From an uncultured Planctomycetaceae bacterium (GTDB lineage: Bacteria > Planctomycetota > Planctomycetia > Planctomycetales > Planctomycetaceae): DNA of 64,000 bases. Positions 12,600 to 24,656 of this stretch are shown piece by piece; within the stretch, counting starts at the first letter, position 1; each line of letters begins with the position of its first letter. The notes under the pieces are model-generated. The model saw only the letters and a program-made list of their open reading frames with translations, was not told the DNA's origin and did not search any database. Made by a program: the position numbers and the translations under genes. The stretch spans positions 864,001 to 928,000 of the forward strand of contig CAWFAK010000017.1 of NCBI GenBank assembly GCA_963813715.1. Direction: 5' to 3'.

Positions 12600-13496
12600 T
12601 CAAAAAGCCAGGCCGCGGTCGGTGATCTCGAAGGGGACGATCGATTCGTCGCACGCGCTGCCGCGGTGCTTGGCCACGTAGAGGGCGCGGCTCGTCCGAT
12701 TGCCCTGATGGACTTTGCCGAGCAGGATGATCGTGTTGGCGTTGATTAGAACGTCGCCGGATTCGATCGAGCGCGCGATCAGCTGGTCGAGCAGCACCTC
12801 CTTCGAGGTGCACAAAAGCACACAGCCGATCGATCGCGGATCGTAGGGGTGCCGGGCGACCTCGGCTTCGTTAGCTCGGAACTGTGCTCGAAAGAGGTCG
12901 CGGGCCAACCAGTCGGCATCTTTTCGCAGGATCTGGTGATAGACGTAATCGAAGACGTGGAACTGAAACGAGTCGCTGGCCCGATCGGTCGGCTCGATGC
13001 CGTCGATCACACACCGCCGGGCGCCGTGAATGAAGTTTCCGTAAAAAAACGCGATGCTGCGGTCGAGCTTGCGCGACAGCTCAATCCTCCACTCGCGCCA
13101 TTCTTCGCTCTCAAGGTCGCCGATCGACACTCGCCGGCCAGTGCGGTCGAAAACGTGCAAATAATCGCACCGGGCTGCTGTCGGGTCCCACACCTGGGCC
13201 GGGTCGAAGGGAGCGTCGGCGGATCGCTGCGACATCTCCCATCCGAACAGCCGGCGGGCGTATTCGCGATGGTTCTGCGAATCGCCTCGCGACGTCAAAT
13301 CGAAGACGAAGCCTCGCTGGCCTTCCTGAAATTCGCCAGCCCGAGCGAACTGCAATCCGAGCTGAGTTTTGCCAATGCCCGTGGCCCCCAACAGCACGGT
13401 GAGCGTGCCGGGAACGAGGCCGCCACCGAGTAGACTGTCCAGCCGGTCGATACCAGTGCGGAGGCGGGCACTTGAACCGGGAATGGGCTCAGGCAT
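12600..13496 (-). CDS. Single-domain KaiC/RAD55-family RecA-like ATPase
   Basis: [13 protein letters not shown], Walker [10 protein letters not shown]-terminal VAKHRGS...FEITDRGL. Confidence 0.85.
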   Translation of the reverse strand: MPEPIPGSSARLRTGIDRLDSLLGGGLVPGTLTVLLGATGIGKTQLGLQFARAGEFQEGQRGFVFDLTSRGDSQNHREYARRLFGWEMSQRSADAPFDPAQVWDPTAARCDYLHVFDRTGRRVSIGDLESEEWREWRIELSRKLDRSIAFFYGNFIHGARRCVIDGIEPTDRASDSFQFHVFDYVYHQILRKDADWLARDLFRAQFRANEAEVARHPYDPRSIGCVLLCTSKEVLLDQLIARSIESGDVLINANTIILLGKVHQGNRTSRALYVAKHRGSACDESIVPFEITDRGLAF

Positions 13497-13542
13497 GATT
13501 GACTGCGAACAACGGCTTTCGTTTTTCAAGCGAGCAGATTTT

Positions 13543-13625
13543 TTCACCACAAAGACACAAAGGCACGAAGTAGAGCCCTAATAGAATTATTGTATTTCTT
13601 CGTGCCTTTGTGTCTTTGTGGTGAA
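13543..13625. repeat. Perfect 28-bp inverted repeat (MITE/REP-like element), copy 1
   Basis: TTCACCACAAAGACACAAAGGCACGAAG at 13543-13570 and its exact reverse complement at 13598-13625 around a 27-nt AT-rich loop. Confidence 0.85.
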
Positions 13626-13643
13626 GTCTCCGTCTGCTTGTAA

Positions 13644-14776
13644 TCAGACGCCCAGAAATCGGTCGCGGGCGGTGACGGGCCAGCGGTCGGTGAGGCGGCC
13701 ATCGGAGATCACGTAAACGTCCTTGTGCAGAGCCACGGTTGGGCAGATGTGTCGCGGGATGGCCAGCAGCGCGTCGCCCGGCGTGAACTCGTGCGCGCGG
13801 GGCGTTTCGAGCACCAGGTGTTCCTCGTTGTGCACGACCTGCTGGGCCTCCGGCAGCTCGGGAATGACGAGTCGGCGGCCCACCGGCGGATCAGTGGCGA
13901 CCGCTTTCGTGCCCAAATCGAGCGTGAGACGAGTGGCGCTCGGGCGGCTGATCACCCGCGCCAGAAGGACAGCCGCCGGCGTGAATTTCATGTCCGTATA
14001 TGACTCGCGTGTAGCCCGCGTCGTTCAGCACGCACGTGCCGGGTGCGAGTTCGAGTGAGGGATCGCGATTGACGGCATGGATCGGGAACGTGGGCGTGCC
14101 ACCGACGATGATCCGCGGCACTGACAGCCCCGCAGCAACGAGCCGATCGCGAAATGCCTGCACGGCCTGCCACTCGGTCGCGACCGCTTGCTCGCGTTCA
14201 CTACGCGACGGTTGATGCACCTGCCCGTCGTACGCGTGCAGGCCGCCGGGCCGCAAACCGGGACTGTTGGCAATCTGCCGATACAGGTCGACCGCCGCGT
14301 CGCCCGGAACGATTCCCGTGCGTTGGAAACCGATGTCGATATCGAGCAGCACCTCGATCGTTCGGCCGGCTGCTCGAGACCGCGCGACTGAGCGCGGCAA
14401 TCGCCTGCGGGTGGTCGCCGGTCACCGCAAAGGCGACATCAGGGAAACGCCGGAGAAACTCGACCGCCCGTTCGATGTTCGGCCCGACCGGGTTATAGGC
14501 CAAAAAGACGTCTTTGGCGCCCGCCTCGGCGAGCATCTGGGCTTCGGCAAAAGTGGCGCATTTGTGCTTGCGAATGCCCTTGGCCAGCTCGATCCGCGTC
14601 ACCTCGGCCATCTTGTGCGTCTTGCAGTGGGGACGCAGCCGCGCGGGCGAGCCAGCAATCGCGATCATCGCGTCGATGTTCTGGTTGAGCAGTTCACGAA
14701 AGAGCAGCAGCGACGGGCTCAGCAAACCGCTCAGATCGTCGACGCGATACGGGCTGTCGGATTTGGCGAAGCTCAT
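13644..14776 (-). CDS. D-threonine aldolase / DSD1-family fold-III PLP enzyme; two frameshifts (~14380, ~14000)
   Basis: RPHCKTHK PLP-lysine motif, RTGI, LHAYDG, GGTPTF, EEHLV, PRHICPT spread over three overlapping ORFs. Confidence 0.85.
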
Positions 14777-16701
14777 GCAGGCATCTCGGCCGCGACAGAA
14801 TTTGCGGGCACGCCGGAGACCGGTTCCTCGGCGTCAAAGTATTTTGACAACATCGTCTCGTCGCAGGTTCGCGTCAGCAGGCTCACGCCAACGCCGGTCG
14901 CCAGCGAGACGGCCAGGCTCCAGAGGAGCGGGTCGAGCCCGAGCAAGAAATACGGTCGAAAGCGGGTCGCCTCGCCCAGCAGCGGATCGCCCCAGCCGAG
15001 CACGGCGCCCAGATAATACAGCCCGAGCATGGTCCCCGCGCCGGAAAGCATGGCGACCACCATCCCAGGCACGGTCGCACGCCGCCAAAAGACCAGCATC
15101 AACATGGGCACACAAAACGTCGCCCCCGCGCCCGTGCCGCTGAAGACGACGATCGCCTGCAGGTAGTCGACCGGGGCCAGGTTCGTGACGACGGAAATCA
15201 CACCGATCGACGTCATCACGCCGTACGACAACAGCTCCAACTCACGCGAGGCGGCGGCCGGCCGCACGAACCGCTGATAAACGTCGCGGACGAGCCCCGA
15301 CGCAATCACCACCAGGTATGAGCTGACCGTCGCCATCACAGCGCCGAACGGAGCGGCCAGAATCAGTCCGCTCACGAACTCGCCGAACGGCAGGCCGCTC
15401 GTGACCTTCATCGCCAGCATGGGGATCACATCGTCGGTCTTGCCGACCGGCAGATCGGGAATCAGCGCGCGGCCACAAATCGAAATCATCGCCAGCGGGA
15501 TGTAGATGAACGCGTTGTAGACGCCCAGCAGATAAATCGAACGGCGGATGTTCGTCGTGCTGCGGCAGGCCATAATCCGCACGATGCCGGCCGGCGAGCC
15601 CAGCCCGGCAAACACCCAGATCCAGAAGAACGAAAACGCCAGGCTGAGCGGCAGGAACGAGCGTCCTTCGTGCTTGCCGTCGTAACCGGGGCTGAAGGCG
15701 AAATCGGGCCCGGTCTTTTCGATCGCCCGGCGATTCGCAAACTCGAGCGAGTTCATCTGTGCGACGGCGGCCGGCGCTCCGCGGCGCAACTTCCTCATGC
15801 TGCAGCATCGCCACGCCGCGAAGCGCGAGAAGCAAAAACACCAACACGCCGACCCACATCATCACGCTCTGAAACAGGTCGGTCCAAACGGCGGCCAAAA
15901 AGCCTCCGATCAGCGTGTAACCAACCACGCTCACGGTGAAGACCAACAGCCCCGTGATGTAGGGCCAATCGGTCAGCTCCGAGACGGCCGCGATGCGGTG
16001 CGCCCAGGCGGTGGCCTGTTCGGGGCTGGGGGCCGGCTTCATTTTCGCCAGCTCGCCGCGGACCTGTTCGGAAAACTGAATTTCCGTGGCGTAGAGCTGG
16101 TCCTTGAGAGGATCGAGCGCGGCGACGACGTCGGCCGGCACGCCCTCCTTCGTCAGCCGCGCGATCCCGCTGTCCGTGATGCGGTAGCGGCCGACCTTCT
16201 GGTCTTCGGACCACGAGTCGCTGCCGACCCAGGCAATCTTCATCACCAGCGCGCCCGCTTTGAACTGGGCGACCATCATGAACGACATATAGAAGAGGAT
16301 GAACAGCGACGCGAGCAGGCCGAGCCCCGGGCTGCCGAACCGCTCGCGAAACAGGTCGGGCATGGTGATCGCGCCGCACCGCCGCGAAATCTCCGCCAGC
16401 CGCTTGCCGAGAATGCCGAAGCCGGTGATCGGCACGACCATGTAAGCGGCAATCCACAGGACGACGGACCAGCCGTGCGTATAGACGAGCGACGGGTATC
16501 CCATGAAGGTGCCGCCGCTCTGCACGGTGGCCGTGAGCGCGAGCGCCCACGAGCCGAGCCCGCGGTTGCCCAGGAAGAACCCCTTCATGAACGACCCTCG
16601 CGGGTCGCGCGGTTGGCGAGCACGCCGATCCACATCGACGCCAGAATGAACAGCACGAGTGCCGTTAGCGTGCCCCAGGCGGGTTGGGCGGCAATCAGCA
16701 T
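14773..16701 (-). CDS. Sodium:solute symporter (PanF-like); frameshifts near 16595 and 15790
   Basis: FFLGNRGLG, SGGTFMG, YTLIGGFLAAVWTD, AVMATVSS motifs. Start MLIAAQPAWG abuts the stop of the upstream DUF997 gene. Confidence 0.85.
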
Positions 16702-17046
16702 TCAGGCGTCCTGAATCTGTTCGTCGGCCAGCGCCGTTGGATTGGCCTCGGTGCCGGGCGGATCCTCGCCCAGATCTTCGTCGGTCATCAACAGAGACGC
16801 GAAGATCCACGAGAAGACGACGCAGACGCCCCACGGCACAACGATCCCCCAGAAGACCCAATCGGGGAAACCGAAGATGTACCGCAGGTCTTCGGCCCGG
16901 CGGCCGTAACCGTAGCGGGCACAGTAGCCGACCGTGTACGCCAGCGCGACGATCCACGTCGCAAAGACGATCACCGCTTCACGGCGAGCACTTTTGAGGA
17001 CCGGATCTTCGCGGCGGGGCGCGGTGGCGGGCGCGTCGGTGGGCAT
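16702..17046 (-). CDS. DUF997 / YhdT-family small membrane protein
   Basis: ARREA...GFPDWVFWGIVVPW...MTDEDL; directly precedes an SSS gene, as yhdT precedes panF. Confidence 0.8.
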   Translation of the reverse strand: MPTDAPATAPRREDPVLKSARREAVIVFATWIVALAYTVGYCARYGYGRRAEDLRYIFGFPDWVFWGIVVPWGVCVVFSWIFASLLMTDEDLGEDPPGTEANPTALADEQIQDA

Positions 17047-17193
17047 AGAAAGGCAGATTTTAACGGCCTGCCTCGAGCGTTTCAAAGAGGACTCGGTCGC
17101 TGACAGTCGGTCTCGTCGCCCGCGTGTTTATAATCGCGCATCTGGTCGGAAAGAATCGGCCGCTGACAGGCTGTCGTTTCGCGACGAAAAGTC

Positions 17194-18040
17194 ATGCCGG
17201 CAGAACGAACGAATTCGAGTCGGGTTTCTCGGTGCCGGGCGGATGGCGACCGCGTTGGCCAAGGGGCTGGTCGCGGCCGGTTTCACGTCGGCCGACGCGA
17301 TCCTGGCCAGCGATCCGTTGGCGGTCGGCCGCGATTCGTTTGCGAAGGCGTCGGGCTGTCGCAGCACAGCCTCGAATCTCGAGGTCGTCCGCGGGGCCGA
17401 CGTGCTGGTGCTGGCGGTCAAGCCCGGCCACGTCGCCGAGGTGTTGGCGGAAATTTCCAGCGACGTGCAGTCCCGGCACCTCCTCATTTCGATTGCGGCC
17501 GGCGTACCCCTGCGGACATTCGCCGCGGCGCTCGGTTCCCAGGCACGGCTCGCCCGCGTAATGCCGAACACGCCGTGCCTGGTCGGCGCCGGTGCTTCGG
17601 CCTACGCTCTCGGCGGAGGCGCGACGGTCGACGACGGCAAGTTGGTGTCGCGACTGCTTTCGACCGTGGGAATTGCCGTCGAGCTGCCCGAGCACATGCT
17701 CGATGCCGTCACCGGTCTCTCCGGTAGCGGACCGGCGTACGTGTATCAGGTGATCGAAGCCCTCAGCGACGGCGGCGTGCTGATGGGCTTGCCGCGCGAC
17801 GTCGCCACCCGATTCGCCAGCCAGACCGTGCTCGGCGCGGCCCAAATGGTGATCCAGACCGGCGAAGCCCCGGCCGTGCTCAAGGACGCCGTCGCCAGCC
17901 CCGGCGGCACGACGATCGCCGGCTTGCACGCCCTGGAAACGGCGGGCCTTCGCGCGGCACTGATGAACGCCGTCCAGGCTGCAACTCTGCGCTCGCGCGA
18001 GTTGGGCGAGCTCGGCCTGACCAGATCGCAGCGGAGGTGA
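17194..18040 (+). CDS. proC: Pyrroline-5-carboxylate reductase; probable 1-nt insertion near 17212
   Basis: GFLGAGRM, LAVKP, RVMPNTP, GLSGSGPAY, SPGGTT motifs. ATG 17194 joins the main frame if one A is removed. Confidence 0.93.
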
Positions 18041-18306
18041 GGGCGAATTTTTCGCCATCTCAGCGCGGTGAAAGCGGCGCGGTCCGCACAATCGTCACAA
18101 CCGGCCGCCTCTTCGGATCTCGCAGCCGCAGATTCTCGACGGATCGGCCCGGCACGCCGCCCGCAGTTTGACACCTGCGACGCCTGGCGTAGATTTTCGC
18201 GGCGTTCGTACACGTTTTGCCGGCCGCGAGTCCAATTCCGGCCTCCGTCGCCAGTCACCGCTTCGGCCGTGATCGGCCCGACCGCACAAATTTGGGCGAG
18301 AAACAA

Positions 18307-20450
18307 ATGCTCACCGAACCGCTCGAGCACGAGCTGACCGATCGAAGAAGCTGCCGATTCCGCGCTACTCAATCCGCAACCGCACGACTCCGCGCGGGTC
18401 CTGCTCGGCTTGATGAATTTGCACAAGCGGGCCGACGCCGAAAGCCCGGCCGTGGCCGGCGATCCGCTGGCGGGCACCATTTCCAAAGGCGTGCTGCGAA
18501 GCCTGATGTGCGCCCTGCACTACCGCGACGTCGCCACCATGTGGCATTCCCGCCGCGTGGCCCTGTTGGCGACGGGCATCGCCAAGCACCTGGGCTGGGA
18601 GACGCAGCAGACCACGATGCTCGAAGTCGCGTCGCTCTTGCACGACATCGGCAAGATCGGCGTGCCGGACAATATTCTCTTCAAGGCCGGCCGGCTCAGC
18701 CCCGACGAAACCGAATTGATGGACCTGCATCACAATATCGGCGTCGACGTGCTGCAGGCGGCCCGCGTGAACAAGGAAGTCGTGAAATTCATCGTGCAGG
18801 CGTCTTACGACTATCACGGCTGCATCGGCCAGACGCGGCGGGCAGGCGCGAACTTCTGCCAGGGCGGCCGCATCCTCGCCGTCGCCGACGCATACGATTC
18901 GCTCTCGTCGGATAAGACGTACCGCCAGGCGAAGTCGCACGCCGAGATCATGATGATCCTGAAGGAGGCGTCGGGGACGCAGTTCGACGGAAACATCGTG
19001 CGGGCCTTGGAACGCTGGGCCGAGAACGACGGCATTCCTTTCGGCGAGCAGCTCGACGAAACCAACAGTGGCCTGTCGCCAGGCAAAACGCCGCCGAACC
19101 TCGGCCCCGAGGCCGGGGCGCTCGGACACATCTTCTCGTATCTGTATCTGCTCGAGAGCCTGTACGACGGGTTCTACGTCGTCGATGCCGATCTGAAATT
19201 CGTGCTCTGGAGCAGCGGAGCCGAAAAGCTGTTGGGCCGCCAGTCGTACGACATGCTCGAGCAGGCCTGGAACGAGGACGTGCTCAAGTACGCCGATGCC
19301 TTGGGCGAGCGGATCCCTGAGGCCGACGTGCCGATGAAGCGCGTCCGTGAATCGACGACGCCGTCGACGCAGAACATTCAAATGCAGGCCGCGGACGGCC
19401 GCTGGATCGACGTGGAGCTGCAGTCAGTGCCGCTCGTCGATCACGAGGGGCATCTGCACGGCATCGCCGAGATCTTTCGCGACTTGTCCCGCAATAGCAT
19501 GCGGCCGCGCGAATATCGCGATTTGAAGCTGGCGGCCAGCCGCGATCCGCTGACCTCGCTGGCAAATCGCGGCGAGCTGGAAACGCAATTGGCCCTGATG
19601 CTGCACGATCAGCAGGCCGAGGGGGCCGAGCCCTTCGTCGTGATGTTCGGCGACATCGACTACTTCAAGGCGATCAACGATAACTTCGGCCACGCCGTCG
19701 GCGACCAGGTGCTGGTCGACTTTGCCAACTGCGTGCGGCACGAAGTTTATTCGGGCGACCTGGTGACCCGTTACGGCGGCGAAGAGTTCGTCATCGTCTG
19801 CCCGGGGACCGCGCTCGAACAGGGATTCAAGCGGTCCGAGCGGCTGCGGTTGGCCATCATGAACGGCAATATCGGCGGCAACCCCGATCTGCGGGTGACG
19901 ACCTCCTTCGGGGTGACCCAGGTCGAGCCGGGCGACACGGTGGAAACGCTCTTGAAGCGGGCCGACCGCGCCCTCTACACCGCCAAAAAGACGGGCCGCA
20001 ACCGCACGGTGTCGCTCACGTCGGATGAGAACCGGGTCGAAGAACAGCTGTCTGAGGTCGAGGCGCAGAAGCCGCAGGATCCGTACGTCTTCGAGTCGAC
20101 GTTTCAGCGCCTGCATCGCTGCGGACATGATCGTCTACAAACTGGGCGGTTTCGTCCGCGACGAGCACGGCACGTTGAGCGAAGTCTCGGAGACCGAGGC
20201 GGTAATCAAGCTGGGCCGCAGCGGGCTCTTCCCGATGTGGGGCCGCTCGCCCATCCGGCAGCCGGTGACAGTGGTGGTCCGCTTCGGCAACGAGAAGGCG
20301 ACGCCGTCGCGACGGCAACGGGTGGCCTCGAAGCAAGTGAGCATCAAGGTCCGCATCGAGCCGCTCGGCTGGCGCCCCAGCGAAGAAAAATTCCAACGGC
20401 GGGCCCAGTCAGTCCTGCGAATCCTCCGCTCGTACTTTGCAGCCGGTTAA
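18307..20450 (+). CDS. Diguanylate cyclase with degenerate HD-GYP, PAS and GGDEF domains; frameshifts near 18342 and 20105
   Basis: HSRRVA/HDIGKIG/ADAYD, PAS (WSSGAEKLLG), DPLTSLANR, DIDYFKAIND, RYGGEEF; extra C-terminal domain in ORF 20025..20450. Confidence 0.85.
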
Positions 20451-20500
20451 ACGCTGCGAGCTTTCGCCGAGCGGACGGACGTCGGTGCTAGGCCGTCGAG

Positions 20501-21283
20501 CTAAACCGGCGGCAGCACGCAGCTGCGCTCCCACGTACGCTTCACAGGCCGACCAAAGACCAGCAACCCGAGTGCGGTTGCGAGCACGACTGCGCACAGA
20601 ACGAGATCGACCTTGAGCTGGGTCGTCGACTCCTGGATCAGGTAGCCGAGCCCGTAGTGCTCGGACGGATCGTAGCCCACGAAGAACTCGCCGACGATCG
20701 TGCCGATCACCGCCAGGCCGCTCGACGTCTTAGCTCCCGTCACAGTCGAGGGAACGGCACTTGGCAGCCGCAGCTTGAAGAGCGTCTGCCAGCGTGACGC
20801 GTTGTGCAGCCGAAACAGATCGACGAGATCGGGATCGATCGCGGTCAGCCCAGCCGTCGCGTTGGTGATGATCGGAAAGACGCTGACGATAAACGCGACG
20901 AGCACCACGCTGCGAAACCCCGTCCCCGACCAGAGCACGATCAGCGGGGCGATCGCCACGATCGGCACCGTCTGCAGCAAGATGGCGTAGGGGAAAAAAC
21001 TCCGTCGGATGATCGCCGACTGGGAGAAGACGATCGCGGTCAGCACGCCGAGTGTCAGGCTCACGCCAAAGCCGCAGGCAGCCCCGGCCGCCGTAATGCC
21101 GGTCGCCGAGGCCAGCTTGCCGAAATTCTCGAGCGCGGCACTGCCGACGTCGGTCGGGCTCGGCAGGAGGAATGCGGGGACTTTCCAGATTCGCACGACT
21201 GTCTGCCAGACGCCGAGCACGACGAGAAACAAGACGAGGGGCGGCAGCACCGCCGTCAGCAGCGAGCGTTTTGACGGCATCAT
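20501..21283 (-). CDS. ABC transporter permease (NitT/TauT family); 3' end uncertain
   Basis: LPSP, QTVPIVAIAPL, KLRLPSAVP, IVGEF motifs; ATGA overlap with the upstream ATPase. Confidence 0.85.
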   Translation of the reverse strand: MMPSKRSLLTAVLPPLVLFLVVLGVWQTVVRIWKVPAFLLPSPTDVGSAALENFGKLASATGITAAGAACGFGVSLTLGVLTAIVFSQSAIIRRSFFPYAILLQTVPIVAIAPLIVLWSGTGFRSVVLVAFIVSVFPIITNATAGLTAIDPDLVDLFRLHNASRWQTLFKLRLPSAVPSTVTGAKTSSGLAVIGTIVGEFFVGYDPSEHYGLGYLIQESTTQLKVDLVLCAVVLATALGLLVFGRPVKRTWERSCVLPPV

Positions 21284-22077
21284 GAGGCCGCCTTTCGCAA
21301 CAGCCCGCTCACTTCGCCGACCTGCCGCGCAAACTCGCCCGTCCCTTTGAGCTCCGGCCGCCGCGGGTACTCGAACGGGACTGCGACCTCGCTGGCGATC
21401 CGGCCGGGCGAGGGCGTAACGACGAGAATCCGCTGCGAAAGGTAGACCGCCTCGCTCACGTTGTGCGTGACGAAGACGGCCGTCGGCCGTCGCGCAAGCC
21501 AAATACGAGCCAGCTCGTCATTAAGCTGCTGCCGCAGCAGGTCGTCCAAGGCCCCGAACGGCTCATCGAGGAGCAGAATCTCGGGCTCGGTGACCAGTGC
21601 CCGCGCGAGCGAGACGCGCATTCGCATTCCGCCGGAGAGCATCCGCGGCGTTTTGAAGGCGTCGGCCTGGCTCAGACCGACCAGCGACAACGCTTCGCTC
21701 ACGCGGGGCAGCCGATTGGCCTTCGAGCCGCGGTCCAACTCGAGCGGCAAACCGACATTCTGCGCGGCCGTCCGCCACGGTAAGAGCCGCGGATCTTGAA
21801 AAACGAAGCCAATCCGGGCCGAACCTCGCGTCACTGCGGCCGCTGTCCGCTGTCCGACGCGGATCATCCCGCTCGAGGGAGCGACGAGCCCAGCAATGAT
21901 CCGCAGCAGCGTCGATTTGCCGCAACCCGATGGCCCCACGATCGAGACAAACTCGCCGCCGCCGATCGTGAAGCTCGCATCCTCGACGGCCACCTGGCCT
22001 CCGTCGTAGACCATCGCCACATGGTCGGCGACGACTTCGGCACTGGGATTGGGGTTGGGCATGGCTGCGTCATTCAC
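21280..22077 (-). CDS. ABC transporter ATP-binding protein (NitT/TauT family)
   Basis: GPSGCGKS, LSGGM, LLLDEPFGALD, FVTHNVSEAV. Confidence 0.92.
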   Translation of the reverse strand: MNDAAMPNPNPSAEVVADHVAMVYDGGQVAVEDASFTIGGGEFVSIVGPSGCGKSTLLRIIAGLVAPSSGMIRVGQRTAAAVTRGSARIGFVFQDPRLLPWRTAAQNVGLPLELDRGSKANRLPRVSEALSLVGLSQADAFKTPRMLSGGMRMRVSLARALVTEPEILLLDEPFGALDDLLRQQLNDELARIWLARRPTAVFVTHNVSEAVYLSQRILVVTPSPGRIASEVAVPFEYPRRPELKGTGEFARQVGEVSGLLRKAAS

Positions 22078-22562
22078 TCTCTGACCACCAGCCGGTCCAC
22101 CTCGAGCGACGGCACCTCCACAATCGCAATCGTCCGCGGGTTGGCGCGGAACAGTGCGCCCGGATTGAGCACCAGCGTCTTGCCCTCATAGTGCTCTTCG
22201 GGCACGTGCGTGTGGCCGTAGCAGACGAGCTGGTACTTCTGCGAATTGACCGCTTCCTGGAACCGGCGATGATCGTGACCGTGGACGAGGGCGATCCGGC
22301 AACCGGCCAGCTCGATCTCGCCAAACTCGTCGTGGCAGTTTTGCTCGACCTGTTCGATCGCAGCTCGCAACTCGGACCATTCGTGATCGCAATTGCCGAA
22401 GACGTAATGCCCGGGCCAGCGCGAGAAGACCTGCACGATCTCCGGTGAGCCGATGTCGCCGCAGTGCAGAATCTGCTCGATCGGGTGCTCCGCGAGCAGC
22501 TCGGCCGCGCGGCAGGCGCTGGGCAAGTGTCCGTGAGTGTCGCTGACCACGCCGATCTGCAT
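22074..22562 (-). CDS. YfcE-family metallophosphoesterase
   Basis: SDTHG, HCGD, GNCD, GHTH, NPG motifs. Confidence 0.9.
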   Translation of the reverse strand: MQIGVVSDTHGHLPSACRAAELLAEHPIEQILHCGDIGSPEIVQVFSRWPGHYVFGNCDHEWSELRAAIEQVEQNCHDEFGEIELAGCRIALVHGHDHRRFQEAVNSQKYQLVCYGHTHVPEEHYEGKTLVLNPGALFRANPRTIAIVEVPSLEVDRLVVRE

Positions 22563-22592
22563 CGCGGACCGTCCCCTTTCCGATCGGCGAGT

Positions 22593-24529
<1,937 letters not shown>

Positions 24530-24656
24530 ACGGCCCTGCAAAGAGAGCACGGTTCGCGACAGGGTTCGTCAATGAACCGGCCGCACCACAGAACCGGCCG
24601 GCTGACGCCGGCCGCTCGCCGGACCGCGATCATCCACGGACCTGGCGGGCATCCTA

